From: Chiloscyllium plagiosum
Taxonomy: Eukaryota
Reading direction: 5' to 3'
DNA: 20,000 nt
NCBI RefSeq assembly: GCF_004010195.1
Contig: NC_057755.1
Span: forward strand, 5,265,989-5,285,988
Shown here: piece after piece, positions 1 through 12,171 of the stretch
Layout of the letters: each line of letters starts with the position of its first letter
Numbering within the stretch: the first letter of the stretch is position 1
Notes under the pieces: model-generated
Databases searched by the model: none
Told to the model about the DNA's origin: nothing
What the model saw: only the letters and a program-made list of their open reading frames with translations
Translations under genes and position numbers: made by a program

Positions 1-3000
1 ACGACCTATCCCACCTCACTCTGTGCGTCTCTTACTGTATATCCCAGCTTCATTCTGTGAATCTCTCCCTATCTTTACCTCCTCACTCTGTGCATCCCCC
101 ACTAGCTATACCCGCTCGCTCTATGCATCTCTTACTATCTATCCCACCCTCACTCTGTGTGTCTCTCACTGTCTATCCCGCCCTCATTCTGTGTTTCTCT
201 CACTCTCGATACACCTTCACCCTGTTCGACTCTCACTATCTACCTCCCCTCATTCTATGTGTCTCTCAAAATCTATACCCCCTCATTCTATGCGTCTCTC
301 ACTATCTATACCCCGTCATTCTGTGCGTCTCTCACTATCTTTCCCCTTTCACTCTATGCATCTCTCACTATCGATCCACCCTCACTCTTTGCGTCTCTCA
401 CTATCTATCCATCCTAACTCTGTGCATCTCTCACTATCTATACCCCCTCACTCTGTGCATGTATCACCCTGTATTACCATCTCACTCTGTGNNNNNNNNN
501 NNNNNNNNNNNNNNNNNNNNNNNNNNNNNNNNNNNNNNNNNNNNNNNNNNNNNNNNNNNNNNNNNNNNNNNNNNNNNNNNNNNNNNNNNNNNNNNNNNNN
601 NNNNNNNNNNNNNNNNNNNNNNNNNNNNNNNNNNNNNNNNNNNNNNNNNNNNNNNNNNNNNNNNNNNNNNNNNNNNNNNNNNNNNNNNNNNNNNNNNNNN
701 NNNNNNNNNNNNNNNNNNNNNNNNNNNNNNNNNNNNNNNNNNNNNNNNNNNNNNNNNNNNNNNNNNNNNNNNNNNNNNNNNNNNNNNNNNNNNNNNNNNN
801 NNNNNNNNNNNNNNNNNNNNNNNNNNNNNNNNNNNNNNNNNNNNNNNNNNNNNNNNNNNNNNNNNNNNNNNNNNNNNNNNNNNNNNNNNNNNNNNNNNNN
901 NNNNNNNNNNNNNNNNNNNNNNNNNNNNNNNNNNNNNNNNNNNNNNNNNNNNNNNNNNNNNNNNNNNNNNNNNNNNNNNNNNNNNNNNNNNTGTGCGTCT
1001 TTCACGATCTATCCTCCCTCACTCTGTGCATCTCTCACTATCTCTCCCACCCTCACTCTTTGCATCTCTCACTCTCTATTCCACCCTTACTCTGTGCGTC
1101 TCTCACTATCTATCCCCATCAGTCCTTGCATCTCTCACTACCTATCCACCTCATCTGTGCGTTTCTCACTATCTATCACATTTCACTCTGTGTGTCTCTC
1201 ACTATCTATCTCACCTCACTCTATGCATCTCACACTATCTATCCTTCCTTCACTCTGTGCGTTTAACACTATTTAGCCCCCCTCACGATGTGCATCTCTC
1301 ACAATCTATCCTCATCTCTCTGTTTGTCTATCACTATCTCTCCCCTCTCACTCTGTGGGTCTCTCATGATCCATCCCACCTCACTCTGTGCGTCTCTCAC
1401 TATCTATCATATCCTTACTCCGTGCGTCTCTCAATATCTATCTTCCCTCATCAGTGTGTCTGTGACAAGTTATCCCATGTTCACTCTGTGCGGCTCTCAC
1501 TATCTATCTCCCCTCACTCCGTGCATCACTTACTCTCGACCCCCATACTCTTTGCATCTCTCACCATATTTCTCCCGTCATTCTAACCGTCTCTGACTAT
1601 CTTTGCCCCATCACTCTGTGGGCCTCTCACGATTTATCCACCGCATCACTCCGTGTATCTCTCACCATCTATCCCACCCTCACTTTGTGGGTCTCGCACT
1701 ATCTATCCCCTCTCACTCTGTGCGTCTCTCATGATCTATCCTCCCTCACTCTGTGCATCTCTCACTATCTATCCCACCCTTACTCTGTGTGTCTCTCACT
1801 ATTTCTCCCATCCTCACTCCGGGCATCTCTCACTATCTATTCCTCTCACACTCTGTTCACCTCTACTAACTATCCCACCCTCACTCTGTGTCCCTCACTA
1901 TCTATCCCCCGTCACTCTGTGCGTCTCTCACTATCTATCCCACCCTCATCTGTGTGTCTGTAAGTATTTATCCAATATTCATTCTGTGCGTCTCTCACTA
2001 TCTATCACCCCTCACTCTGTACAGCTCTTACTCTTAATCCCCCATACTCTTTGCGTCTCTCACCATCTATCTCCCTTCATTCTAACCGTCTCTCACTATC
2101 TTTGCCCCCTCACTCTGTGAGTCTCTCACGATTTATCCACCGCATCAGTCCGTGTATATCTCACCATCTATCACACCCTCACTCTGTGCGTCTCTCACTA
2201 TCTATCCCTCCTCACTTTGTGCGTCTCTCACGATCTATCCTCCCTCACTCTGTGCGTCTCTACTATCTATCCCATCCTTACTCTGTGCGTCTCTCACTAT
2301 TTCTCTCATCCTCACTCAGTGCGTCTCTCACAATAAATCCCTCTCACACTCTGTTCATCTCTACTAACTATCCCACCCTCACTCTGTGTCCCTCACTATC
2401 TCTGCCCCCTCACTCTGTGCATCTCTCACTATCTATCCCATCCTCATCTGTGTGTCTGCAGCTATTTATCCCCTGTTCACTCTGTGCGTCTCTCACTATC
2501 TATCTCCCCTCACTCTGTGCATCTCTTACTCTTAATCGCCATACTCTTTGCGTCTCTCACCATATATCTCCCTTCATTCTAACCGTCTCTCACTACGTTT
2601 GCCTCATCACTCTGTGAGACTCTCACGATGTATCGACCGCATCACTCCATGTATCTCTCACTATCTATCCCACCCTCACTTTGTGCGTCTCTCACTATCT
2701 ATCCCTCCCTCACTCTATTCATCTCTCACTGACTATCCTACCTCCACTCTGTGCGTCTCTCACTTTCTATCCCCCTCACTCTGTGCGTCTCTCACGATCT
2801 ATCCTCCCTCTCTCTGTGCGTCTCTCACTATCTATCCCTCCCACACTCTGTTCATCTCTACTAACTATCCCACCCTCACTCTGTGTCCCTCACTATCTCT
2901 CCCCCCTCACTCTGTGCGTCTCTCACTATCTATTCCACCCTCACTCTGTGCATCTCACACTATTTACCTGTACTTTCTCCGTGCATCTCTCACTATCTCT

Positions 3001-4470
3001 CTCCCCTCACTCTATGCATCTCTCACTATCGATACCGCATAACTCTGTGCATCTTCCACAATCTATTCCCTTCTCTCTTTGTCTCTCTCATTATCTATCC
3101 CCCTTCAGTATGTGCATCTCTCACTCACTATCCCCCCTCAGTCTGTGCGTCTCTCACTATCTATCTCCCCTCATTATATGCTTTTCTCACTGTCTATACC
3201 CCTTCACTGTGGGCGTCTCTCACTATCTATCCATTCACTCTTTGCGTCTCTCACTATCAATCCGCCCTTACTCTGTGCGTCTCTCACTATCTATAACCCC
3301 TCACTTTGTGCATTCTCTCACTATCTAGCCCACCCTCACTCTATGCATGTACCACTATCTATCCCATGCTCACTCTGTCCGTCTCTCACTATCTATTTCC
3401 CCTCATTATATTCTTCTCTCCCTGTCTATACCATTTCACTGTGGGCGTCTCTCACTATCTATACCCACACTCTATGCGTCTCTCACTATCTCTCCCCTCA
3501 CTCTGTGCGTCTCTCACTACCTATCCACCTAATTAAAAGCGCCTATCACTATCTATACACCCTCGCTCTCTGCATCACTCACTACCTATCCCACCCTCAC
3601 TCTGTGCATCTCTCTCTATTTAACCCCATCGCTGTGCGTCTCTTACTATCCACACCCTCTCACTCTGTGCGTCTTTCACTATCTATCATCCCTCAAACTG
3701 TGCATCTCTCACTTTCTATCCCACCCTCACTCTGTGCATCTCTCACTATCTATCCCCCACACACTGTGAGTCTCTCACTATCTATTCCACGCTCAGTCTG
3801 TGCATCTCTCATTATCTAACCCCCTCACGCCGTGCTTCTCTCAGTACCTATCCTCCCTCACTCTGCGTTTCTCTCACTGTCTATCCGTCCTCACTCTCTG
3901 TATCTCTCACTACCTAGCTCCCTCACTCTGTGCATCTCTCATTACCTATCCTCCTTCACTCTGTGTGTCTCTCACTATCGATACCCCCTCCTCTGTGCAC
4001 TTCTCACTATCTAACCCCTACACTCTCTGCGTCTCTCAATACCTATCCCACGCTCACTCTCTGCATCTCTCACTATCTATCCTCCTCACTCTGTGTCTAT
4101 CCCTATTGATTCCCCCTCACTCTATGTGTCTCTTCCGATTGATTTCCCCCCTCACTCTGAAGGTCTCTCACTATCAATCCCCCCACTCTGTTCATTTCTC
4201 ATTATCTGTCCACTTCTCCTTCTGTGTGTCTCTCCCACTATCTTTCCATCCCATCATTCTGTGTGTCTGCCTTACTATCTATCCACCCCTGCACAGTGTG
4301 GGTTTCTCACTTTCTATACATCTTCTCACTCAGTGCGTCTCTCACTTTCAATTGCCCCTCACTCTGTGCATCACTCACTGTCAATCCAACCTCTCATTTT
4401 TTGGGTCTCTCACTATCTATTCTCCTTTACTCTGTTTGTCGCTCACTATCTATCCACCCTCACTCTGTGT
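1..4470. repeat. Degenerate tandem satellite, ~32-34 bp monomer (consensus ~CTCACTCTGTGCGTCTCTCACTATCTATCCCACC)
   Basis: CTCACTCTGTG and TCTCTCACTATCTATC recur every ~33 bp throughout. The overlapping low-complexity S/L/H/P/C ORFs in all three + frames are by-products of the repeat. Confidence 0.95.
492..991. other. Assembly gap (500 N)
   Basis: Run of exactly 500 N inside the satellite, so true array length is unknown. Confidence 0.99.
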
Positions 4471-4845
4471 TTGTGTGTGTGTATGTATGTGTGTGTGTGT
4501 GTTTGTGTGTTTGTGTGTGTGTGTGTGTGCCCATCGCTCTGTCTGTCTGTCTTCCTCCCCCTTATTATCTGCCTTTCTCTCTATATCTGTCCAATTTTCT
4601 TTGTCTCTCCATTTACGTGTCTGACCCTGGCAGCCTCTGCATCTTTTTTTCCTTTGTCTCTACCTCCTATCCCTCTGTCACACACTCTCTATGACAGCCT
4701 CTCTGTACTTATCTCTCTCTCTCTTCTGTCTCTGATTCTCTTCCTCTCTCCTTCTCTCTGTCTCGTGCAGCCTCTCATTGTTTCTTTCTCTGTCTCGTCT
4801 CTTTCTGTCCTTCGCACACTTTATCTCTCTTCTCTCAGTCACACA
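4466..4845. repeat. Imperfect (GT)n microsatellite (4466-4529) followed by a CT-rich low-complexity tract
   Basis: Seen directly: gtgtgtgt... then ctctctct/ctgtct-rich sequence. Confidence 0.9.
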
Positions 4846-5329
4846 TTCCCCTGATAAATAGTCCATATTAACAAATCTCTTTCCGTGGGTCTGTTTTCAA
4901 CAAGATCTCAGCTTTTCCACAATGACTGTGATAGTTCTGCACATTACTGCAGAGCAGACAGCTCGATGCAAACAAACAAAGGGATTCCTTCAGCAAAACA
5001 TTGTGAAATTCCTTTCTCATCACCAGATGGTCACCAAGTTCCACAGGTTTCCTTCTCCTTCTATTCTAACTTAATTTCACGTCGCCAAAGGCAGCAAATG
5101 TTAAGATCAAATTGACACTGTCCCCTGTGACCGCCTCTACATAACCCACTCCATCTCAGAACATAGAAAGTACACCACAGCTCAGGCTCTTTGTCCCTTG
5201 ATTTTGTGCTAATCATTTCTCCTCCTCTAAGATCAGACTAACCTACATACATTTCATTTTGCTGATATCAATGTGCCTATCCAAGAGTCGATAAAATGTC
5301 CCTGTTGCAATTGACTCTACTACCACTCT

Positions 5330-8030
5330 GGCAGTGCATTCCACACACCCACTCTCTGTGTAGAGAACCGACCTCTAACATCTCCCCTAAACCTTCCTCC
5401 AAACATTATGCTCCTTCGTGATAGCCAGTTGCACCCTGGGAAAAATTTCTGGCTATCCACTCTATCTGTGCCTCTCATCATCTTCTTCACCGCTATTCAT
5501 AGATCTCTCATTCTTTTTCGCTCCAATGAGAATAACCCTAACTCCCTCAAGCTTTCTTTATAAGACATGCCCTCCAGTCCAGGCAGCATCCTGGTAAAGC
5601 TCCTCTGCACCCTCTCTAAAGCTTTAACATCCTTCCTATAATGAGGCGAACAGAACTGAACACAATATTCCTAGTGTGGTCTCACCAGGACTTTAAAGAG
5701 CTGCAGCATATCATCGCGGTTTTTATATGCAATCCCTCTGCCAATGAAAGCCAACACACGATATGCCTTCTTAACAAACCTACCAACTTTGGCGGCAATT
5801 TTGTGGGATCTATGAATATAGATGCTAAGATCCCTCTCTCCTCTACACTGCCAAGAATGAATCACTTCACACTTTTCCAGGTTGACCTGCATCTGCCACT
5901 TCTCAGCCCAGCTCTGCATTTTGTCAATGTCATTGCAACCGACAACAACCGTCCACACTATTCACCACTCCACCAACCATCGTGCCGTCCGCAGATAGGT
6001 ACCCAAACGTCTCGTTCCTTATCCAAGTAATTTAGAAAAATCATGAAGATTAGATGTAAAAAAGCAGATCTCTGTGGAACACCACTGGTCACTGAGCTCC
6101 AAGCTGTAAACTTTCCACCTACCACCACCCTGTGTCTTCTACTGGCCAGCCAATGTTATGTCCAGACAGACATGTTTCCTTCTATCCCATGCCTCCTTAC
6201 CTTCGGAATGAGCCTGCTTGGGGAACCTAATCAAGCGCCTAACTAAAATCCATATTCACCACATCCACTGCTCTCCCTTCATCAATGTGTTTTGTCACTT
6301 ATTCAAATAGTTTACTAAGTTTTGTGAGTCATGACCTGCCCATCACAGAGCGATGCTGACTATCTCAAATCAAGCTGTGTTTTTCAAAATAATCGTATAT
6401 CCGGTCTCTCGGATTCCACTCTAGTAATTTGCCCAGCAGTGATGTAACACTGACTGGTCTATCATTCCCCAGGTTATGCTTATTCCCTTTGTTGATCAAG
6501 GGAATGACATTTGCCACCATCCAATAATCTGGTACTACTCCAGTAGACAGTGAGGATGCAAAGATCATTGCCAAATGCGCAGCAATCGCTTCCCTTGTTT
6601 CCCGTTGTAACCTAGGGTATATCCCGTTGGCCCGGGGGTCTTAACTATCCTCACGTTTTTCAAAGTTTCCAGCAACTGCCCGATCAACTGTCTATCCATC
6701 CTCACAGGCTCTCTGTACATTGCATCTGCCTGTTCACCAGCCACCCCATCCTTTGATCCGGAGCTCTGGCTCCCATCACCCTGCCAAACTAGTTATCCTC
6801 CTTCTAAATATCAACCTGCTGAAGCTTAACAGCCAGGTTCACGCTGTCCTCAAACACGACAAGATCCTTCTCACTAGTGAATACTGAAGCAATATGTTCA
6901 TTAAGTCCTCCCATACCTCCACCGACTCCAGCACAAGTCCTCTCCACCATTCCTCACTCGGGCCATCCTCTTGTTCATCACAAAAGTGTAGAACATCTTA
7001 GGGTTTTCCTTAATCTTACCCGCCAATGCTGTTTCATACCCCTTCACGTTCTCCTATGTCCATTCTTCAGTTTCTTTCTGGATGCTTGAAACCATCTACA
7101 GCCTTGTCTAATCCATGCTTCCACAACCTTAAGTAAGCTTCCTTCTTCCTCTGGACTCGATGTTCCCCATCTCTTGTTACCGAAGGTTCCTTTGCCCTAA
7201 AATCCCTTCCTTGCCTCAGTGGGACTAACCTATCCAGCACTACCAGCAACGTGCTTCCTAAACAATCTCTACATTTCTGTTGTACATTTCCCTGAGAACA
7301 CCTGTTCGTAATTTGGGCGTCTCAGTTTCTACCCAATAGCACTGTAACCTCCACTCCTTTTCATACCGTCTGCTCCGATTTTTCTCCATCACTACAGTGA
7401 ATGTCAGGGAGTTGTGATCACTATCACCGAAATTGTCTCCCACCAAGAGATCCGACGCCTGACCTGGTTCGTTGTCAAATGCCAAATCCAATATAGCCTC
7501 CACTCTTGTCGGCCTATCTACATATTGAGTCAAGAATCCTTCCTGGACACGCCTGACAAAGCCTGCTCCATCAAAACTATTTGCACTAATGAGCTTCCAA
7601 TCGATATTGGAAAAGTTGAAGTCACCCATGACAACAACCTTTTACTTCTGCACTTTTCCGAAATCTGCCTCCCAATCTGCTCCTCCGTGTCTCTGTTGCT
7701 ATTGGCGTGTCTGTAGAAAACTCCCAATAAGGTGACTGTTCCTTCCTGTTTTTGACTTCCACTCCAAATGACTCAGTAGACAGAACCTCTTCGATGACCT
7801 CCCTTTCTGCAGCTGTGATGCAATTCCTGGTTAGCAACGGCAGTTTCCCACCACTTTTACCTCTCTCCCTATTACTTTTGAAACATCTGAATCGCAGAAC
7901 ATCCAACAACCTTTCCTGCTTCTGTGATATCCAAGTCTCCACAATGTCTACAACATAGTAGCTTCAAGTATTGATCCATGCTGTAAGTTCATCTCTCTTA
8001 TTCCTGGCACTCCTTGTGATAAAAGGGACA
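5330..8030 (-). pseudogene. CR1 ORF2 remnant (APE endonuclease plus reverse transcriptase)
   Basis: ORF fragments 7622-7942, 7530-7727, 7258-7629, 6365-6574 and 5671-5958 carry EN/RT motifs. The expected FADD catalytic motif at 5984-5995 reads S-A-D-G, so it is dead. Boundaries approximate. Confidence 0.88.
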
Positions 8031-8169
8031 CACTTCAACCCATGACACTGACTGCAACTTTGCCCTATCAGGTGCCTATCTCTCCTCACAGGCTCTCTGT
8101 ACGCTGCATCTGCCTGTTCACCAGTTATCCCATCCTCTGATCTCTCGCTTTGGTTCACATTACCCTGCT

Positions 8170-9091
8170 AAACTAGTTAAAACCTTCCAAAGAGCTCTAG
8201 CAAACCTCCAACCCAGGATATTGGTGCCCCCTCCAGTTTATGTAAAAACTCTTCCTTGTACTGGTCCCATTTTCCCCAGAAGGTATCCCAAAACCAACAT
8301 ACCTGAGGCCCTCCCTTTGTCACCAGTCCTGCAGACACATGTTTAGCTGCATTCATTCTCCACGCCCCACTAAACCGTGTGCAATCCTGAGATAACTACT
8401 CTGCTCGTCCTGCCTTTTAGCTTTCAACCTTACTCCCTGTATTCACTTTGCAAGTCCTTATCCCATTTATTAGCCATGTCATCGGTACCGATGTGTACCA
8501 CGAATCTGGCTGCTCACTTCCCCTTTAAGATTCCTGCAGACTAAATCCGAGACATTCCTGACCCCGACACCGGGAGGCAAATGTCATCCGATAGTCTCGG
8601 TCGTGAAGAGAGAATCTCCTGTCTGTTTGTCTCACTGTTGAAACTCCTGTCACTATCGCTCTCATATTAGCCCCCTTTCCGTTTTGAGCCACAGAGCCAG
8701 GCTCAGTGCCAAAGACCTGGGCGCTGTGGCTTTCCCTTGGTAGGTTGTCCCCCCACCCAACCCCAACAGTTTCCATCGTGGTACACTGTTTATTGAGGGG
8801 AACGGCCACTGGGGATACCTGCACAGTCTGCCTATTCCCTTTCTTTCTCCTGACGGTCAGCCAGTTAGCTTTATCTTGTAACTTGGATACGACTACCTGA
8901 TTATAATGCCTCCATATCAGTCCCTCAGACTCCCGAATGATCCGAAGTTCATCCAGCTGCAGCTCCAGCTCCACTTCCCTGATGTGGTCTTTGAGGAGCT
9001 GGAGTTGGGTGCATCTCTCGTGGGTGAAGCTGGCAGGGACCCTTATCGCCCACATTCTGCAAGTGGAGCATGCAACTGCCCTGGCTTCCAT
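8170..9091 (-). pseudogene. CR1 ORF1 remnant (zinc finger / leucine zipper followed by an SGNH-esterase-like domain)
   Basis: ATG at 9091. MEARAVACSTCRMW...ERCTQLQLLKDHIREVELELQLDELRIIRESE (CxxC plus coiled coil), WLTVRRKKG, and RAIVTGVSTVRQTDRRF, a degenerate form of the 'viGDSivR' esterase motif. Frameshifted downstream. Confidence 0.85.
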
Positions 9092-9447
9092 TCCTTCCAC
9101 TCTAAAATGATTGAAGAGATTTTTTAAAAGCCTTAAAAAACTTCTACACCATGTTTTTGTTTTGTTGTTTGGGGAGGGTGCGTGGACAGGTGGAAGACAC
9201 AAAACGTGTAGTGTTTAGCCACTGCACGAACACATTCGTTTACTTACCCAGCCGTCCCTGTGTCTGTGTCTGTTCCTGTACAACCTTTCCTTCATTGATT
9301 CACAAGGTAAGTATCTAATATTATAACCACCTTTCCCATCTGCCCCCGGCTCGTGCTCTCTCGATGCTGCCTGCTGAAATAAAGGATGCTGTCACACAAG
9401 GGAAATATTTAATATTCCCACTTTAACATTCTAATCTCGGTTTCTTT

Positions 9448-12078
9448 CTACAGTCAGCCCTGCCTCAGCTGTGGGCCACACTCTCTCAGAATTGCAAAGG
9501 ACCCACTCTCTACTACATCCTCAGGAGAATTCATATTCTCAACAAACAGTGTTTCGACTCAAAAACTGTAAATACAACAAACTTTAATCTACCCACCTCG
9601 ATAACCAGCGCTCTTCAAACATTCCAGAATATTCCCCCGGCCTCTGGAACTAATCGGACGCCATTTGCCATGCGACTGGTGCAGCTGCCACCCCAAAGCA
9701 TATTGATGATGTCACTTCCGCCCCCAATCATGGCTCCTCCCACACCACTTCATGCATCACACGTGACATCATTTCCACTCCTCGCATCATCGCTGGTGTC
9801 ACACGCTCAGTGACTGCCGTGTCTGCCACCACTTTCACCCCTCCCAAAGCCACTCACCTCCATTCTGCTGACACGACACCCACAGATCCCACTGTCACCA
9901 TTCCCGGCCCCCAGTACGCTGAGGGGAACACCACCCCTGCTCATGACTCCACCACCACTCCCCCCACCATCACACTCACTCCAGTTACTGGCTCGGCCCC
10001 GAGCTCGACACCCACACCCGATCCGAGCTCCCAGCCCTGCCGAGTTTTCACCATCCCTTACTTCCCCTTACTGAGGACGAACGACCAGTCCTCAGCAAAG
10101 GTCTCACCTTCATCCCACTCCGTCCACGCATCAATGAATTTCATACACGCTGTGACGTCGAACACTTCTTCCAATCAAGCCAGCGGACAAAGGGGGCGCA
10201 GTGGTAGTCTAACGCACTGACCTCGACACCGCTGAAGCCAAATTCCAACTCGAGGACACTTCTTCCTACCACCCCCTCGACCATGAACACATCCCCCATG
10301 ACCAAACCATCATCTCCCAGACAATACAGAACCTCATCACCTCAGGAGATCTCCCACCCACAGTTTCCAACCTCATAGTCTGTGTACTCCGTACTGCCCA
10401 GTTCTACCTCCTTCCCAAGATCCACAAGCCTGACCACCTTGGTCGACATTGTCTCAAAATGCTTCTGCCCCACTGAACCCATCTCTACCTACCTTGACAC
10501 TGTCCTATTCCACTAGTCCAGGAACTCCCCAATACGTTCGAGGCACCACCCACACCCTCCACCACCAACAAGACTTCCGTTTCCCCAGTCCCCAACGCCT
10601 CATCTTCACCATGGATATTCAAACCCTCTACAACTCCATCCGCCATGACTAGGCCCTCCAAGCCCTCCGTTCTTTCCTCTCCCGAAGTCCCCAACAGTAC
10701 CCTTTCACCAACACTGTTATTCATTTGGCTGAACTGGTCCTCACCCTTAACAAGTTCTTATTTGAATCCTCCCACTTCCTCCAAACCAAAGGGGTAGCAA
10801 TGGGCACATGCATGGGCCCCAGCTATGTCTGTCTCTTTGTTGGCTATGTAGAACAGTCGATCTTCTGTAATTACACCGGCACTACTCCCCAACTCGTCCT
10901 CCACTACATTGATGACTGCATTGGCGCCATCTCGTGCTCCCGCGAGGAGGGTGGGCAATTCCTCAACTTCGCCAACACATTCTACTGACCTTAAATTTAC
11001 CTGGAGCCTCTCTGACACCTCACTCCCCTTCCTGGACCTCTCCATCTCCATTAATAACGACAGTCTTGACACTGACATTTTTTACAAACCCACCGACTCC
11101 CACAGTTACCTGGATTACACATCTTCCCACCATGCCATCCCGTTTTCCCAATTCCTCCGCCTCCGCCCTATCTGCTCCCAGGAGGACCGGTTCCACCACA
11201 GAACACAACAGATGGCCTCCTTCTTTAGAGACCGCAATTTCCCTTCCCACGCGGTTAAAGATGCCCTCCAATGGATCTTGTCCACATCCTGCACCACCGC
11301 CCTCAGACCTCACCCCTCCAACCGTAACAAGGACAGAACACCTCTGGTGCTCACGTTCCACCCTACCAACCTTCGCATAAACCAAACCATCCACCGACAT
11401 TTCCGCTACCTCCAAAAACATCCCACCACGAGGGATATATTTCCCTCCCCACCCCTTTCCACCTTCCGCAAAGACCGTTCCCTCCGTGACTACCTGGTCA
11501 GGTCCACGACCCCCTACAACCCATCCTCCCATCCAGGCACCTTCCCCTGCCACCGCAGGAACTGTAAAACCTGTGCCCACACCTCCTCCCTCACCTCCAA
11601 GGCCCTAAATGAGCCTTCAATATCCATCAAAGTTTTACTTGCACATCCACTAATATCATTTCTTGGATCCGTTGCTCCCGACGCGGTCTCCTCTACATTG
11701 GGGAGACTGGACGCCTCCTTGCAGAGCGCTTTAGGGAACATCTACGTGACACGCGCACCAATCAACCACACCGCCCTGTGGCCCAACATTTCAACTCTCC
11801 CTCCCACTCTGCCGAGGACATGGAGGTCCTGGGCCTCCTTCACCGACGCTCCCTCACTACCAGACGCCTGGAGGAAGAACGCCTCATCTTTCACCTCAGA
11901 AGACTTCAACCCAAGGGCATCAATGTGAACTTCAACAGTTTCCTCATTTCCCCTTCGGGCTTTTGCCCGAAACGTCGATTTTACTGCTTCTTGGATGCTG
12001 CTTTTACGGCTGTGCTCTTCCAGTACCACTAATCCAGAACTGGTTTCCAGCATCTGCAGTCATTGTTTTTACCTTGTG
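9448..12078 (+). mobile_element. Penelope-like retroelement (probably Neptune-like), 5'-truncated and frameshifted
   Basis: RT motifs FYLLPKIHK (~10400), FTMDIQTLY, KGVAMGTCMGPSY, YIDD (10905-10916), LPFLDLSI, FYKPTDSHSYLDYTSSH. Cys-rich linker CHRRNCKTC. GIY-YIG endonuclease LYIGETGR...RFREH...VAQHFN...LQPKGINV (~11640-11935). PLE terminal sequence at 11957-12078. The Neptune assignment rests on the Cys linker and is inferred. Confidence 0.92.
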
Positions 12079-12171
12079 GAACTCTATGACTGCAGCAGGA
12101 CCCGCTAAAACCGAGCACCGTTGTTTTCTTGTAGCCTGTTGCTTTTCTCTGTATTTCTATAAAAATGAGTA

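Larger units (their letters stand above)
5158..9430 (-). mobile_element. CR1-type LINE, near full length, inactivated
   Basis: Minus-strand order: 5' UTR, ORF1, APE endonuclease fragments (ETW..., GVFYR, MGDFNFSNIDW, GFLTQYVDRPTR..AILDL, GDSDHN), RT fragments (VPDYWMVANVIPLINKG, TSGVPQ, WAEKWQMQVNLEKCEVIH, KVLVRPH), and a CR1-like 3' tail (reverse complement of agaacatagaaagtac at ~5158). Many frameshifts and stops. The 5' boundary is approximate. Confidence 0.93.

Noticed and set aside
4292..4335. CACAGTG heptamer (V(D)J recombination signal)
   Set aside because: Lies in the satellite; no nonamer at 12 or 23 bp spacing and no V, D or J segment.
23..4854. Long ORFs (up to 509 aa) in all three + frames
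   Set aside because: Translations of a stop-poor satellite, some running through the N gap; no real domain.
4885..5115. 76-aa ORF in unique DNA
   Set aside because: Non-ATG start, no recognisable homology and weak splice signals.
5141..5157. Possible CR1 target-site duplication (ataacccactccatctc vs atattcccactttaacattctaatctc at ~9412-9438)
   Set aside because: Match too loose and gapped to support.
10909..11928. 339-aa ORF as a functional or domesticated PLE protein
   Set aside because: It switches frame relative to the true product at ~10985 and ~11600, and the YIDD and GIY-YIG motifs are not in its frame.
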